A stretch of 64,000 nucleotides of DNA from Chlamydiia bacterium (GCA_044359535.1 JBIKLZ010000002.1:1-64000); one strand, 5' to 3'; shown: positions 37,470-46,990, counted from the stretch's first letter. Numbers and translations are program-made. The notes: generated by a model from the sequence alone, not told the origin.

Positions 37470-38321
37470 ATGGCTATAGTCACAGCAGAAATGATTAAAA
37501 ATATTAGAGAGAGAACCGGTGTCGGTTTGATCAAATGTAAAAATGCCCTTGAAGAAAGTGGCGGGGATGTTGAGCTTGCTATTTCAATTTTAAGAAAGGC
37601 AGGGATTGCATCAGCGGTAAAAAAAGAGTCTAGAGAAGCTAAAGAAGGGGCTATTGATTTTTCAGAGACAGCCCATGCAATTGGCTTTGTACAGATGAAT
37701 GCTGAAACAGACTTTGTGGTAAATAATGAAAAATTTAGAAGCTTTTTACATGATTTAGCTAAAGAAATGGCAGCAGGGGGGGCATCCAATGTCCATGAGC
37801 TTGTTGAAAAAGTCTATTCTAAAGATGGCGATAAGACAATTGATGAGAAGAGAAAAGAGTTAGTCTCTGTCCTTGGAGAAAATATTGTCATCTCTAAAGC
37901 CTTTTCATTAAAAAAACATAGCAATGTTTCCTATGGAATCTACTCTCACATGAATGGAAAGATTTTTTGTTTAGTAGAAATTGAGGGAAGCGCTTCTCAA
38001 ACCGATTTAGCTAAAGAAATTGCGATGCATGTAGCTGCTGAAGCTCCAGACTATTTATCTCACGATCAAGTCCCTGCAGATATCAAAGCGGCAGAAGAAG
38101 AGATTGCAAAATCTTTAGTTCCTAAAGGAAAACCTGCTGAAATTGTTGAGAAAATTGTAAGTGGCAAAATGCAAGCGTTTTATAATGATGTCTGCTTAGT
38201 CAATCAGAAGTATATTAAAGATCCTTCAATGTCAGTAGAAGATCTTGTAAAAGCAAAAGGTAAAGAGAAGGGAGAACATCTCAAGCTCAAAGGGTTCTAC
38301 AGACTTCAAATCGGTATGTAG
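37470..38321 (+). CDS. tsf: Elongation factor Ts
   Basis: IRERTGVG..KCK.AL, NAETDFV, GENI, IAMHVAA. Confidence 0.97.
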   Translation: MAIVTAEMIKNIRERTGVGLIKCKNALEESGGDVELAISILRKAGIASAVKKESREAKEGAIDFSETAHAIGFVQMNAETDFVVNNEKFRSFLHDLAKEMAAGGASNVHELVEKVYSKDGDKTIDEKRKELVSVLGENIVISKAFSLKKHSNVSYGIYSHMNGKIFCLVEIEGSASQTDLAKEIAMHVAAEAPDYLSHDQVPADIKAAEEEIAKSLVPKGKPAEIVEKIVSGKMQAFYNDVCLVNQKYIKDPSMSVEDLVKAKGKEKGEHLKLKGFYRLQIGM

Positions 38322-38381
38322 AAATTTTTTTCAGCGTCATTTCTTTGGCGCTGAAAGCATTTAGTATAGGGTGGGTTGAAT

Positions 38382-39104
38382 ATGTCAAAAAAAGTGTCCT
38401 ATAACAGAGTTATTTTAAAATTATCTGGTGAAGTCTTAGCCGGTAAATACCCCTATGGAATCGATTATGCTGTTGCAGAAACGATTGCCGATACAATCAT
38501 TGCCATTCAGGATTTGGGTGTTGAAGTCGGAATTGTTATTGGCGGTGGAAACATTTTTCGCGGCTCGACAGCAAAAAATCTAGGTTTTGAAAGGACCCCT
38601 GCCGATACAATCGGCATTTTAGCAACGTGTATCAATGGACTTGCGCTTCATCAAGTCCTTCTTTCAAAGAAAAGGAAGGCCCGAGTGATGAGTTCGAGAA
38701 ATTTTGATGGGATCATTGAGCCCTTCAATTGGATGCAGGCAAATTTATACATGTTGGATAAGGTGGCTTTAATTTTTGTTGGGGGAACTGGAAACCCTTA
38801 TTTTACTACCGATTCAGCTGCCGCTCTCCGTGCTTGTGAGGTGGGTGCAGATGTCTTAATCAAAGCGACAAAATTTGGCGGGGTTTTTGATAAAGATCCA
38901 GCCCTTCATCAAGATGCCACTGTTTTAAAAAATCTTACCTTTTCAAAGGCTTTAGAAATGCATTTAAATTTTATGGACGCAAGTGCTATCGCTCTATGTA
39001 GGGACAATTTGATTCCAATTCAAGTTTGTGATATTTTTGATAAAAACACTCTGCTGGAAATCATCAAAACCGGTCAAGGTGGCTCATTAATAACCAAAGG
39101 ATAG
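38382..39104 (+). CDS. pyrH: UMP kinase
   Basis: LKLSGE, VIGGGNIFRG, GTGNPYFTTDSAAALRA. Confidence 0.97.
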   Translation: MSKKVSYNRVILKLSGEVLAGKYPYGIDYAVAETIADTIIAIQDLGVEVGIVIGGGNIFRGSTAKNLGFERTPADTIGILATCINGLALHQVLLSKKRKARVMSSRNFDGIIEPFNWMQANLYMLDKVALIFVGGTGNPYFTTDSAAALRACEVGADVLIKATKFGGVFDKDPALHQDATVLKNLTFSKALEMHLNFMDASAIALCRDNLIPIQVCDIFDKNTLLEIIKTGQGGSLITKG

Positions 39105-39107
39105 AAA

Positions 39108-39656
39108 ATGAATATAGATAAAGAAACTGAGCAGTTAATGAAAAAGGCTGTTGAGCATCTTTCTGATGATTATAAAACACTTCGTACAAATAGGGTAAAT
39201 GGCTCTCTTTTAGATTCATTAAAGGTTTCTGTCTATGGATCAGATGTCTTATTAAAAACGGTGGCTACAGTCCTTGTCCAAGAAAGAAACTTAATAATTA
39301 CCCCTTTTGATCCAAGTATCACTGGAGAGATTGTCAAGGCTATTAATACCTCTCAGCTCAACCTAAATGCCATCAATGATGGTAAATCTGTAAGGGTTCC
39401 TGTTCCCCCACTTAACGAAGAACTTAGAAAAGATATTGCTCGCCAAGCAAAACAAAAGCTTGAACAAGCTAAAATTGCTGTCAGAGAAATCAGAAGAAAA
39501 GCTAAAGATCATGCTAAAAAGAAAAAAACAGATGGGGAAATCACTGAAGATGATATTAAAAGTCTTGATAAAAAGCTTCAGACCCTCACAGATGATATGT
39601 GTGCAAAATTAGATCAGATGTTTTCTGCTAAAGAAAAAGAAATCATGACAATTTAA
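39108..39656 (+). CDS. frr: Ribosome recycling factor
   Basis: LRTNR, PPLNEELRK, AKIAVREIRR, KEKEIMTI; follows pyrH. Confidence 0.96.
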   Translation: MNIDKETEQLMKKAVEHLSDDYKTLRTNRVNGSLLDSLKVSVYGSDVLLKTVATVLVQERNLIITPFDPSITGEIVKAINTSQLNLNAINDGKSVRVPVPPLNEELRKDIARQAKQKLEQAKIAVREIRRKAKDHAKKKKTDGEITEDDIKSLDKKLQTLTDDMCAKLDQMFSAKEKEIMTI

Positions 39657-39692
39657 TAGAAGGGGTTTTAGCAAAATTTTCTGAAAAAGATA

Positions 39693-39721
39693 TTGTGGTA
39701 AATGAGCTGATTTACTATAAT
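39693..39721 (+). promoter_or_regulatory. Putative promoter of the tRNA-Glu/tRNA-Lys pair
   Basis: TTGTGG (39693-39698), 17-nt spacer, TATAAT (39716-39721). Confidence 0.55.
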
Positions 39722-39734
39722 TATTCGCAAATCT

Positions 39735-39809
39735 GGCCCCATCGTCTAGCCCGGCCTAGGACACCAGGTTTTCATCCTGGCAACAGGGGTTCGAATCCCC
39801 TTGGGGTCA
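39735..39809 (+). tRNA. tRNA-Glu (anticodon TTC)
   Basis: Acceptor GGCCCCA/TGGGGTC; anticodon arm CCAGG-TT-TTC-AT-CCTGG; GTTCGAATC. Confidence 0.97.
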
Positions 39810-39812
39810 AAT

Positions 39813-39886
39813 GGGGCTTTAGCTCAGTTGGTTAGAGCATCTCCCTTTTAAGGAGAGGGTCGTAAGTTCGAGTCTTACAAGCCTCA
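39813..39886 (+). tRNA. tRNA-Lys (anticodon TTT)
   Basis: Acceptor GGGGCTT/AAGCCTC; anticodon arm TCTCC-CT-TTT-AA-GGAGA; GTTCGAGTC. Confidence 0.97.
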
Positions 39887-39898
39887 TTAAGCCAGATT

Positions 39899-39932
39899 AA
39901 AAAACTCGTAGTGAAAACTACGGGTTTTTTTT
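39899..39932. terminator. Intrinsic terminator, probably bidirectional
   Basis: AAAAAACTCGTAGT-GAAA-ACTACGGGTTTTTTTT hairpin flanked by A and T runs. Confidence 0.85.
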
Positions 39933-40082
39933 ATCCCCAAATTCTTTTTCCAGGCAGTAGTCGATGGCTTTAAGAATAAGCCGTTCCATTTCTTTAGTTG
40001 TTGTGACCTCATGAAGAATATTCTCTTCAAAAATCGCAGCCACCTTTACTAAAAAATCTTCTTCAGTGCTTTTTTTTTCCAT
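39918..40082 (-). CDS. 54-aa small protein not in the ORF track
   Basis: SD AAGGAG, ATG 40082, MEKKSTEEDFLVKVAAIFEENILHEVTTTKEMERLILKAIDYCLEKEFGDKKNP, TAG inside the terminator hairpin. Confidence 0.6.
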   Translation of the reverse strand: MEKKSTEEDFLVKVAAIFEENILHEVTTTKEMERLILKAIDYCLEKEFGDKKNP

Positions 40083-40159
40083 GCAACACACTCCTTTAAA
40101 GGTACTGTCATTATAGCATCTTTAGGCAAAATGTTCTCATCTACTTAAGGGTGAATCAA

Positions 40160-41413
40160 TCAATTAGTTTTAAAAACAGCGAGCTGTTCTTTAATAAGGG
40201 AAAGTAAGCAGAGGGCTGTAAAAAATCCTAATGGAAAGATCAAAAAGGCGATGTTAAACCCTTCTGTGGAAAAAGAGGTCACCCCATCTATTGTTAAAGA
40301 AAACCTATCCATAATTGTCCCTACAAGGGGGCCAAAAAACATCGGAAGTCCCATTATAATGACAGCTCCAACACTTGTAGATGTTCCCATTAACTCTTTG
40401 TCTGCATGAGCTGTAATAAGTGGGTATCCAAGAACTTGCGAGCTTGTGAAAACCCCTAATAGAAGAAATAAAGTGATAAGAGAGAAAAGATTCATAGACT
40501 CTGTATACAAAATGACTAAAAAGATAAGGGTTGAAAAAAGGCTCCCGATAGCCATCCATTGTTTTTTACTTGAAATATTTCCAAGATACCCAAAAAGAGG
40601 GGAGCCCAAAATTGTCCCCACACAAATCATTGAAATAACAAATGAACTTTGGGTAAGAGAAATGTGATGAACTTGGGTTAAAAATAAAGAACCATAGACA
40701 GCGCCAATAATCATTAAGGGCATATTCATAAGAGAGATATAAAGGCCACAAGCAATATTTTGTTGGTTTAAAAAACTCTTTTTTAATCCTTGAAGAAGGG
40801 GAATAGAGGGAGATGAATCGCTATTTACAGCCTGATTGTCATGGACAAAGAGGGCAACAAGAAAAAGGACGAAAATACCAATAAAGCCATCAACAAATAG
40901 GGCACTTCTCCATGATAACGCTTGAGCAAGGGCAGAAAATGGGGATTGAGCGATAAAGCCTCCAAACATACCAATAGTAATTACACACCCAACGATTAAA
41001 GACTGCTTTGAAGGGCTAAACCAACGTGCAATAAGGATAATGCAACTTAAAAAACAAAAGGCATTTCCAATTCCAGAGATAAAATGGGCAAAGCACGCAC
41101 ATCCAAAATTTGGGGCTACTGCAAAGCCAAAAGTGCCAAGAATACAAAGGATCATTGCCACAAGGATCACTTTTCTTGTCGATACCTTATCAAGGATGAT
41201 CCCTGCAGGGATTAAAAAAAAGACATCGGCTAAAAGATAGGTAGAACCTAAAAGACCTACTTGCGCAGCATTTAAATTTAAGTCATCCATCAACATGGGA
41301 GCGATCGCATTTAACATGTGAAGCTGCATAAGTTCATAGGCAAAAAATAGGGCTGCAGTAAAGCATACAATGTACGGGGCCAGTTTAGGAAATGTTTTTA
41401 TAATTGCGTTCAT
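40160..41413 (-). CDS. MFS transporter (Pht-like)
   Basis: About 12 TM segments; ALFFAYE in TM1; motif A GIILDKVSTRK; ARWF; SD AAGGAG. Confidence 0.88.
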   Translation of the reverse strand: MNAIIKTFPKLAPYIVCFTAALFFAYELMQLHMLNAIAPMLMDDLNLNAAQVGLLGSTYLLADVFFLIPAGIILDKVSTRKVILVAMILCILGTFGFAVAPNFGCACFAHFISGIGNAFCFLSCIILIARWFSPSKQSLIVGCVITIGMFGGFIAQSPFSALAQALSWRSALFVDGFIGIFVLFLVALFVHDNQAVNSDSSPSIPLLQGLKKSFLNQQNIACGLYISLMNMPLMIIGAVYGSLFLTQVHHISLTQSSFVISMICVGTILGSPLFGYLGNISSKKQWMAIGSLFSTLIFLVILYTESMNLFSLITLFLLLGVFTSSQVLGYPLITAHADKELMGTSTSVGAVIIMGLPMFFGPLVGTIMDRFSLTIDGVTSFSTEGFNIAFLIFPLGFFTALCLLSLIKEQLAVFKTN

Positions 41414-41423
41414 CGATCTCTCC

Positions 41424-42035
41424 TTAATGTTGTTCTACCATCTCACCCCTTCTCATTAAAGGGATGCTTTCTTTAAAGCATTTCATACATTTTGATATAT
41501 AAGACTCATTACCCCCAATTTGAACTTGGTTCCCTTCAGTAATCGCTTCTCCTTGTGCATTTGTCCTTAAATTCATGGTGGCCTTTTTCCCACAGCTGCA
41601 AATGGTTTTAATTTCAATCAGCTCTTCAGCATACCCTAAAAGATATTTACTTCCTTCAAATAACTCCCCAAGAAAATCTGTCCTTAGACCATAACAAAGA
41701 ACCGGGATATTTAGTTCTGTAGCAATATCTGTTAATTCTATCACTTGGGACTTTGTTAAAAATTGACATTCATCAATGAGTATACAGCGCAAAGCATCAA
41801 GCTGTTTCTTTTTCTCTTCAACAAAAGGGAAAAATTGAAATTCTTTATCAAAAGAAACCGCCTCTTTAACAAGGCCCAATCTTGAATAAATCACTGAAGC
41901 CCCCCCCCTATCATCGATCTTTGCCGTAAATAATAGGGTTTGCATTCCCCTTTCTAAATAATTGTAACTGGATTGAAGAAGGGTTGTGCTTTTCCCAGCA
42001 TTCATAGCAGAGTAGTAAAAGTATAATTTTGCCAT
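41424..42035 (-). CDS. tdk: Thymidine kinase
   Basis: [51 protein letters not shown]. Confidence 0.96.
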   Translation of the reverse strand: MAKLYFYYSAMNAGKSTTLLQSSYNYLERGMQTLLFTAKIDDRGGASVIYSRLGLVKEAVSFDKEFQFFPFVEEKKKQLDALRCILIDECQFLTKSQVIELTDIATELNIPVLCYGLRTDFLGELFEGSKYLLGYAEELIEIKTICSCGKKATMNLRTNAQGEAITEGNQVQIGGNESYISKCMKCFKESIPLMRRGEMVEQH

Positions 42036-42079
42036 TTTTTTCCTAAAGATAAACAACGATATCATAAAGAAAAGGAAGG

Positions 42080-42733
42080 TCATTTGCAAGGAAAAGAGAA
42101 AAAATGGGTAGCTACTTCAAGATCATAAGGGGTGGTGATTTTTAGATTCTTTTCACTTCCAAAGACATAATCCACGGGAAACCCTAACTCTAAAAGAAGG
42201 GAGCAATCGTCAGTTGCCTCTTTTGTATTTATTTCATGTCCCTTTTGTAGAAGAGGTATTGAAAAGCTTTGTGGCGTTTGACCACGAAAAAATTGCTTTC
42301 TATCTGGAATGTCCTTGATCAACCCATCTTTATGAATATTAATGGTGTCGGTACAAGGGATACAGGTATTTACAGCCACAGATCCTAAAGAAAGTTTTTT
42401 AATATGGTCTTGTAAAAGTTGCAGAGTTAAAAAAGGGCGAACCCCTTCACAAATGATCACAAAATCTCCCTTGAGATTAAAAAGACCAAGACGTACTGAA
42501 TCTTGACGACAGTTTCCCCCCTCAACAAACACACAGGATGGATGAGGGTCAAAATAGGGGAGATGTTTTTTTTGACCCACAATCCGTATTTCAGAAAACA
42601 ATTGTGATTCAATTAGGGTATCTAGTGGATGCCTATAGAGTTTTTTTTCACCAAGGAAGTGAAACTGTTTTGGAAGGGAAGAACCAAAACGGCTTCCATC
42701 GCCCGCACAAAGTAAAATAGCAGCTATTTTCAT
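42080..42733 (-). CDS. ispD: IspD/TarI-family cytidylyltransferase
   Basis: [47 protein letters not shown]. Confidence 0.85.
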   Translation of the reverse strand: MKIAAILLCAGDGSRFGSSLPKQFHFLGEKKLYRHPLDTLIESQLFSEIRIVGQKKHLPYFDPHPSCVFVEGGNCRQDSVRLGLFNLKGDFVIICEGVRPFLTLQLLQDHIKKLSLGSVAVNTCIPCTDTINIHKDGLIKDIPDRKQFFRGQTPQSFSIPLLQKGHEINTKEATDDCSLLLELGFPVDYVFGSEKNLKITTPYDLEVATHFFSFPCK

Positions 42734-42746
42734 AGAATAAAAGATA

Positions 42747-43793
42747 TCAGATCAAAAGCTTTAAATCTTCAGATTTTTCCTTAAAAAGGGCTGCTCTTTT
42801 TTCCTCAATAGAAAAACTGTGATGTGGAGAGAACGCTTCTAAGTGGGCCCTTCTAACGGGGAAAAAGAGATCAAAATAATAGGTGTTTGTTTTTGATTGG
42901 ATCCACCCGAGGCAAATAGCTAAATCAATTGAACTTGCAATATCAAGAGCCTCATGAAATTCAAGACTCTTGCAAAAAAGAATCTGTCCATAGTGTTTTG
43001 ATACAGTGTTTAAAAGCTCCTTTGGGGGATTTTTTTTAAGGGCCTCATGTGCAGAAATTTCACTTTCAACTAGGGTTTTAGCAATGCTTTGAACATTTGA
43101 GCAAATATGCTTTTCGCTGACCCCTAAACAGTATTTATTTGTAGTGATGATTAAATTATGAAGGGCTTTTTTTTCTGCATTTAAGCCATGTATAAGGGTA
43201 TGATCACTTTCTTCTATGGTCTTATCTAATACATTGATTGCCGGCAGATGAAGGATCGCTTCTTTTGATAAGCCAGTTCCAAGTGTTGAAGACGATGAGG
43301 TTAAAAATCCAAATTTTTCAGAAAATGCAAAGGGGACCCTTTCTTCCATTTTTTCATTTAGGAAATGTAAAAAGGAGAGAATTTCTTCACTGCAATGTTT
43401 TTGATCATGAATAAAGAAGGTAAGGTGATCTTCTAAAAAGATAATGGCTACCACCTTGCTATTTGGATCTATAAAAATCCCCCCTTCAGGGTGCAAAACC
43501 TCTTGCTGTGATATAAAAAGGTGTTCAAAAAAAAGCTGAGAGCAGCCTTGCTCTAATTCACTGCTTTTAAAATACAGCCCCTCGGGAAAAAGTGAAAAAA
43601 GGAGATGTTTAAGTTTTTCTCCTACAAGTTTAGCATCATTTTTAGAAATTCTTTCTGAAAATGGAAATCCGGCAATATTTCTCCTTAAAACATACCTGTT
43701 TAAGGGGTAAATAGGGGATGCACTATTGATCCACGGCGTAAATCTTTCTAGAACCTCTTTAAAAGAGAGAGGGAATGTATCAGGTGCGTGCAT
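42747..43793 (-). CDS. mcsB: ATP:guanido phosphotransferase / protein-arginine kinase McsB-like (divergent)
   Basis: LRRNIAGFPF, EDHL, FAFSEKFGFLTS...LGTGL...LHLPA, RAHL; downstream of mcsA. Confidence 0.82.
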   Translation of the reverse strand: MHAPDTFPLSFKEVLERFTPWINSASPIYPLNRYVLRRNIAGFPFSERISKNDAKLVGEKLKHLLFSLFPEGLYFKSSELEQGCSQLFFEHLFISQQEVLHPEGGIFIDPNSKVVAIIFLEDHLTFFIHDQKHCSEEILSFLHFLNEKMEERVPFAFSEKFGFLTSSSSTLGTGLSKEAILHLPAINVLDKTIEESDHTLIHGLNAEKKALHNLIITTNKYCLGVSEKHICSNVQSIAKTLVESEISAHEALKKNPPKELLNTVSKHYGQILFCKSLEFHEALDIASSIDLAICLGWIQSKTNTYYFDLFFPVRRAHLEAFSPHHSFSIEEKRAALFKEKSEDLKLLI

Positions 43794-44292
43794 TTGGATT
43801 CTCCAGATGAATTTTAATTTGATCACGAATGTCTGCGGCCTCTTCAAAATGCTCAGATCGAATGGCTTCATTTAATGCCGTGTGCAACGTTTCAATCGTT
43901 TTGGAAAATTCTTGATGGGAGTTTGTTTTTGGAATAGTACCAAAGTGAAAGGGAGAATCTGCAGATAAGGCAAGTCTTGTTGGGATAATTCCTTGAGTTT
44001 GAATTTCTTCTGAAAGAGTATCTTTAAACGTTTCAGCGCAGCAATCACAACCTAGTGTTAAAGTGATCATGAACTCTTCATGGGTTGTTGCACATACGGG
44101 ACATTTTAATGCTATGTGGTTAAAAATAGGGAGGTTTAGACCTTCATCAGTTGTTGACTCGTAGAGCTTATCTTTCAATAAAGGGCAACTTTTACACATT
44201 TTTGAGCAGCGTACTTTTCCCTCTTTCATCTCTTTATAATGAACCTCAGCTTTTCTTATGCACTTATTGCATTCCATAGGTTTATCACTCAT
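43780..44292 (-). CDS. mcsA: McsA-like protein (CxxC motifs + UVR domain)
   Basis: Four CxxC motifs; UVR motif EHFEEAADIRDQI; SD GGAGG. Confidence 0.88.
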   Translation of the reverse strand: MSDKPMECNKCIRKAEVHYKEMKEGKVRCSKMCKSCPLLKDKLYESTTDEGLNLPIFNHIALKCPVCATTHEEFMITLTLGCDCCAETFKDTLSEEIQTQGIIPTRLALSADSPFHFGTIPKTNSHQEFSKTIETLHTALNEAIRSEHFEEAADIRDQIKIHLENPNART

Positions 44293-44413
44293 TGGCACCC
44301 TCCACATTTGCAGATACTAATTATTAAGATGTTTTTTGCAAGAAAAACACTTTATATTTGCAATAATTAAAAAAATGTTAATTATTACGTTTAACAATAA
44401 TAAAGGAATTTTT

Positions 44414-44830
44414 ATGAAAATAAAAGCAAAGAAGACGGTTTTTTATACTTTAGGATTAGGGGCTCTTTTTTTTGGGGCAACTCAACTTTATCCAAGTCAA
44501 AATGGAAATGTGCAAAACAATACTGAAGTAGAAGAGCCTTCTATGTCAGGATCTTCCTCTCAGAAAAAGGATCCGTCTATGACCCATATTTCGAAAAGAA
44601 AACAGGCAATTCGTTCTTTAAGTCCAAAAAATAAGGCGGTATTTCATACACTAAGTCAAAAGGATCAGCAGGTAGTTGTCGATTCTTATGTCAATGGGGA
44701 TGGGGCACAAAGTGGATTGAATAAGGTTTTAAGTGAGGATGCAAACAAGTACAATTCAAAGGGTGAAATGATATCTCCTGCAGAAAATAAAGATTCACCT
44801 GCAAATAGATCGTTGAAACGAAATATGTAG
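44414..44830 (+). CDS. Exported hypothetical protein (paralog A)
   Basis: SD AAGGA; signal-like N-terminus; LS-repeat helical core. Confidence 0.7.
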   Translation: MKIKAKKTVFYTLGLGALFFGATQLYPSQNGNVQNNTEVEEPSMSGSSSQKKDPSMTHISKRKQAIRSLSPKNKAVFHTLSQKDQQVVVDSYVNGDGAQSGLNKVLSEDANKYNSKGEMISPAENKDSPANRSLKRNM

Positions 44831-44836
44831 AGGTCT

Positions 44837-45190
44837 ATGAAGCGTCTTTGCCTCCTTTGCCTATATTTTGGAGCCCTTGTTTTTGCTGAACCTTTTAAAA
44901 AAGAGGGGGATGGGACTTTTTTAGAAGGGTTGCCCCCTGACCAAAAGGCTATGGTTGAAAGGCTTAGCCCTTTATATCAAAAAATTTATATATATGCATT
45001 GAGTTTCGATCAAAAAGAGGCTATTGTCGTTTTTTACAGAAGGGGTGAAAATCCCTACACAGCTATTGATAATGTCTTAAAAAGAGATAGAAAGACACAT
45101 GATTCAACACTTAAAAAACAGCCCCCTGTAAGGGGAACCACTCAAAAGTCTTCATTAAAGAAAAGTTACTTTTTTTCTTTAAAAAATTAG
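44837..45190 (+). CDS. Exported hypothetical protein (paralog B)
   Basis: Signal peptide MKRLCLLCLYFGALVFA; core aligns by eye with paralog A. Confidence 0.7.
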   Translation: MKRLCLLCLYFGALVFAEPFKKEGDGTFLEGLPPDQKAMVERLSPLYQKIYIYALSFDQKEAIVVFYRRGENPYTAIDNVLKRDRKTHDSTLKKQPPVRGTTQKSSLKKSYFFSLKN

Positions 45191-45241
45191 GAAATGATAA
45201 TCATTGAATTTGATATGTAATGTATCTATAATATAATTATT

Positions 45242-46990
45242 ATGATTAATTTTAGAAATGACCATTATCCATCTAGGTATGGATATCTTAAAGGCCAACC
45301 TCAAGTTCCCCCCCTTGATGAACTTACCCAAAAGCTATATTTTATTTCAAAGGGTCAAAAAGGACAAACAGCAAGTGCTGTTGAAGCAATAGCTGTAAAC
45401 ATTCTTAGACATCTAAATCCAACAATTTTACAACTCAGCCGTGTATTTAATTCTTTAGCGGTTATAAAAAAAGATAAAGGTTATCAAAATCAAGCACTTA
45501 TCCAATGGGGTCTTTCTTCCTTAGAAAAAAGAGGACTTCAAAATGTAACCGATGGAGGTAATTGTTTCCAAGCTTTAGCAAAATTAGGAGAAATAAAGGA
45601 TGGGATGGAAGAAAGGTTTGTAGCTTTTTTTCAACACAATCTAGACAAGGCAGATGAAAAGGGTTTAAGTTATATCGCAAACGGACTCATACATTTAGGA
45701 TCTGAACATAAGAATGAGGGGTTAATAAGAAAAATTGATGAAATAGTACAAAAAATCTATTTACGTATGGACCCTTCAAGGAAAGTTTTATTTTTAGCGC
45801 TATTTTCAAAGTCACCATTGTTAGGAAGATTAGAGTCTCCTTTACTCCTTATAAAAAGTTTGAAGGACAAAGTAGAGAATCTAGAGATAAGAAGTATTGA
45901 AATGTTAATTTTTGCTCTTCTAAAGATGGATCAAAAACAGGGAAAGCTTAATTCAATCATGAATAGAATCCTAAAGTATGCAATGAACAATCGTTCACCT
46001 AGCGTGTATGAAAAAAGATTTGTCTTTTTAGAGTTGGCGTTATTTTATTCAATTGGTGGTCTTGCAAAACAATATATTGAAAAGATTATAAGAGATTATC
46101 TTGCTAATAGCAAGAGTATGCCATTAGAAGATACTATTACTTTGACTCGAAAAATCGGCCTACTTGATACTCAAGAGGATGTAATTATAGAAAGGCTTGT
46201 TTCAGTCACCCTTGATAATATCGATGCATTTGAACCTGATTCTTTTTTAAAACAATATATGAACCTTTCTAGGGTTGGGATTTGTAATAAAGAACTTTTT
46301 AAAAAAGTCTCTAATCAGGAGTGTTTAAAAGCGTTTAAAAAATTAACCATGAATGAAAAAAGTGCTATTTTTTGGGAAATGGTCAAAAGTGTACCTAAAA
46401 AAAGATACCGCACATTGCTTCTTCCTTTTTTTAAGGCATTGGATCTTGAACAATGTTCTAATAGTTCGAGTAAAAATTGTATGGTGTTATCCTATCACAC
46501 GTTAGAAGCTGTCTATAAGATTGATTTCCTACCTAAGGTAAAAGAGCAGATCGCTATATTTGAGAGAGAACTGATTCAATTACAAAAAAATGAAGTGCAA
46601 GCGAATAAAGCTCATCAGGACATTTCACAAACGCTAATAAAGATGGAAATAGAACATGAAAATGAAGCCTTTGTTTTAGGATTTTTTGTCGATATTTTAA
46701 TTAAAGAACCAAAAATCATCATAGAGGTCGATGGAAAGTCTCATGATATGTATAGAAGAAGGTTATCTGATAAGGTAAAAAATGAAGTTTTAAGAGCAAA
46801 TGGGTACCTTTTGCTCCGTCTTTCAGTGGATGCATTTTCAGACTTACCTGAGGATGAATTAAAGAGTATGATCAGAATAAAATTGAACGACTTGCTAAAA
46901 AGTGCAGAGGAAAAAGGGGCAACAGGATCTGCTCAAAAAAGAAAAATCTCTAATTATGAAAAGGGTATGAAAAGAAAAAGAAGTGGATGA
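45242..46990 (+). CDS. Helical-repeat protein with a C-terminal RAP (PD-(D/E)xK-like) domain
   Basis: C-terminal ENE...FFVDI....IIIEVDGKSH...K..VL...GY.LLRL; preceding amphipathic helical repeats. Confidence 0.75.
   Translation: MINFRNDHYPSRYGYLKGQPQVPPLDELTQKLYFISKGQKGQTASAVEAIAVNILRHLNPTILQLSRVFNSLAVIKKDKGYQNQALIQWGLSSLEKRGLQNVTDGGNCFQALAKLGEIKDGMEERFVAFFQHNLDKADEKGLSYIANGLIHLGSEHKNEGLIRKIDEIVQKIYLRMDPSRKVLFLALFSKSPLLGRLESPLLLIKSLKDKVENLEIRSIEMLIFALLKMDQKQGKLNSIMNRILKYAMNNRSPSVYEKRFVFLELALFYSIGGLAKQYIEKIIRDYLANSKSMPLEDTITLTRKIGLLDTQEDVIIERLVSVTLDNIDAFEPDSFLKQYMNLSRVGICNKELFKKVSNQECLKAFKKLTMNEKSAIFWEMVKSVPKKRYRTLLLPFFKALDLEQCSNSSSKNCMVLSYHTLEAVYKIDFLPKVKEQIAIFERELIQLQKNEVQANKAHQDISQTLIKMEIEHENEAFVLGFFVDILIKEPKIIIEVDGKSHDMYRRRLSDKVKNEVLRANGYLLLRLSVDAFSDLPEDELKSMIRIKLNDLLKSAEEKGATGSAQKRKISNYEKGMKRKRSG

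Noticed and set aside
38329-38356. Hairpin TTTCAGCGTCA-TTTCTT-TGGCGCTGAAA between tsf and pyrH as an sRNA or terminator
   Set aside because: No 3' U-tract on either strand; most simply an mRNA stability or processing hairpin within a conserved operon.
39735-44292. tRNA-Glu/Lys as the attachment site of an integrated element
   Set aside because: No integrase, no duplicated tRNA 3' end seen, and the adjacent genes are housekeeping types.
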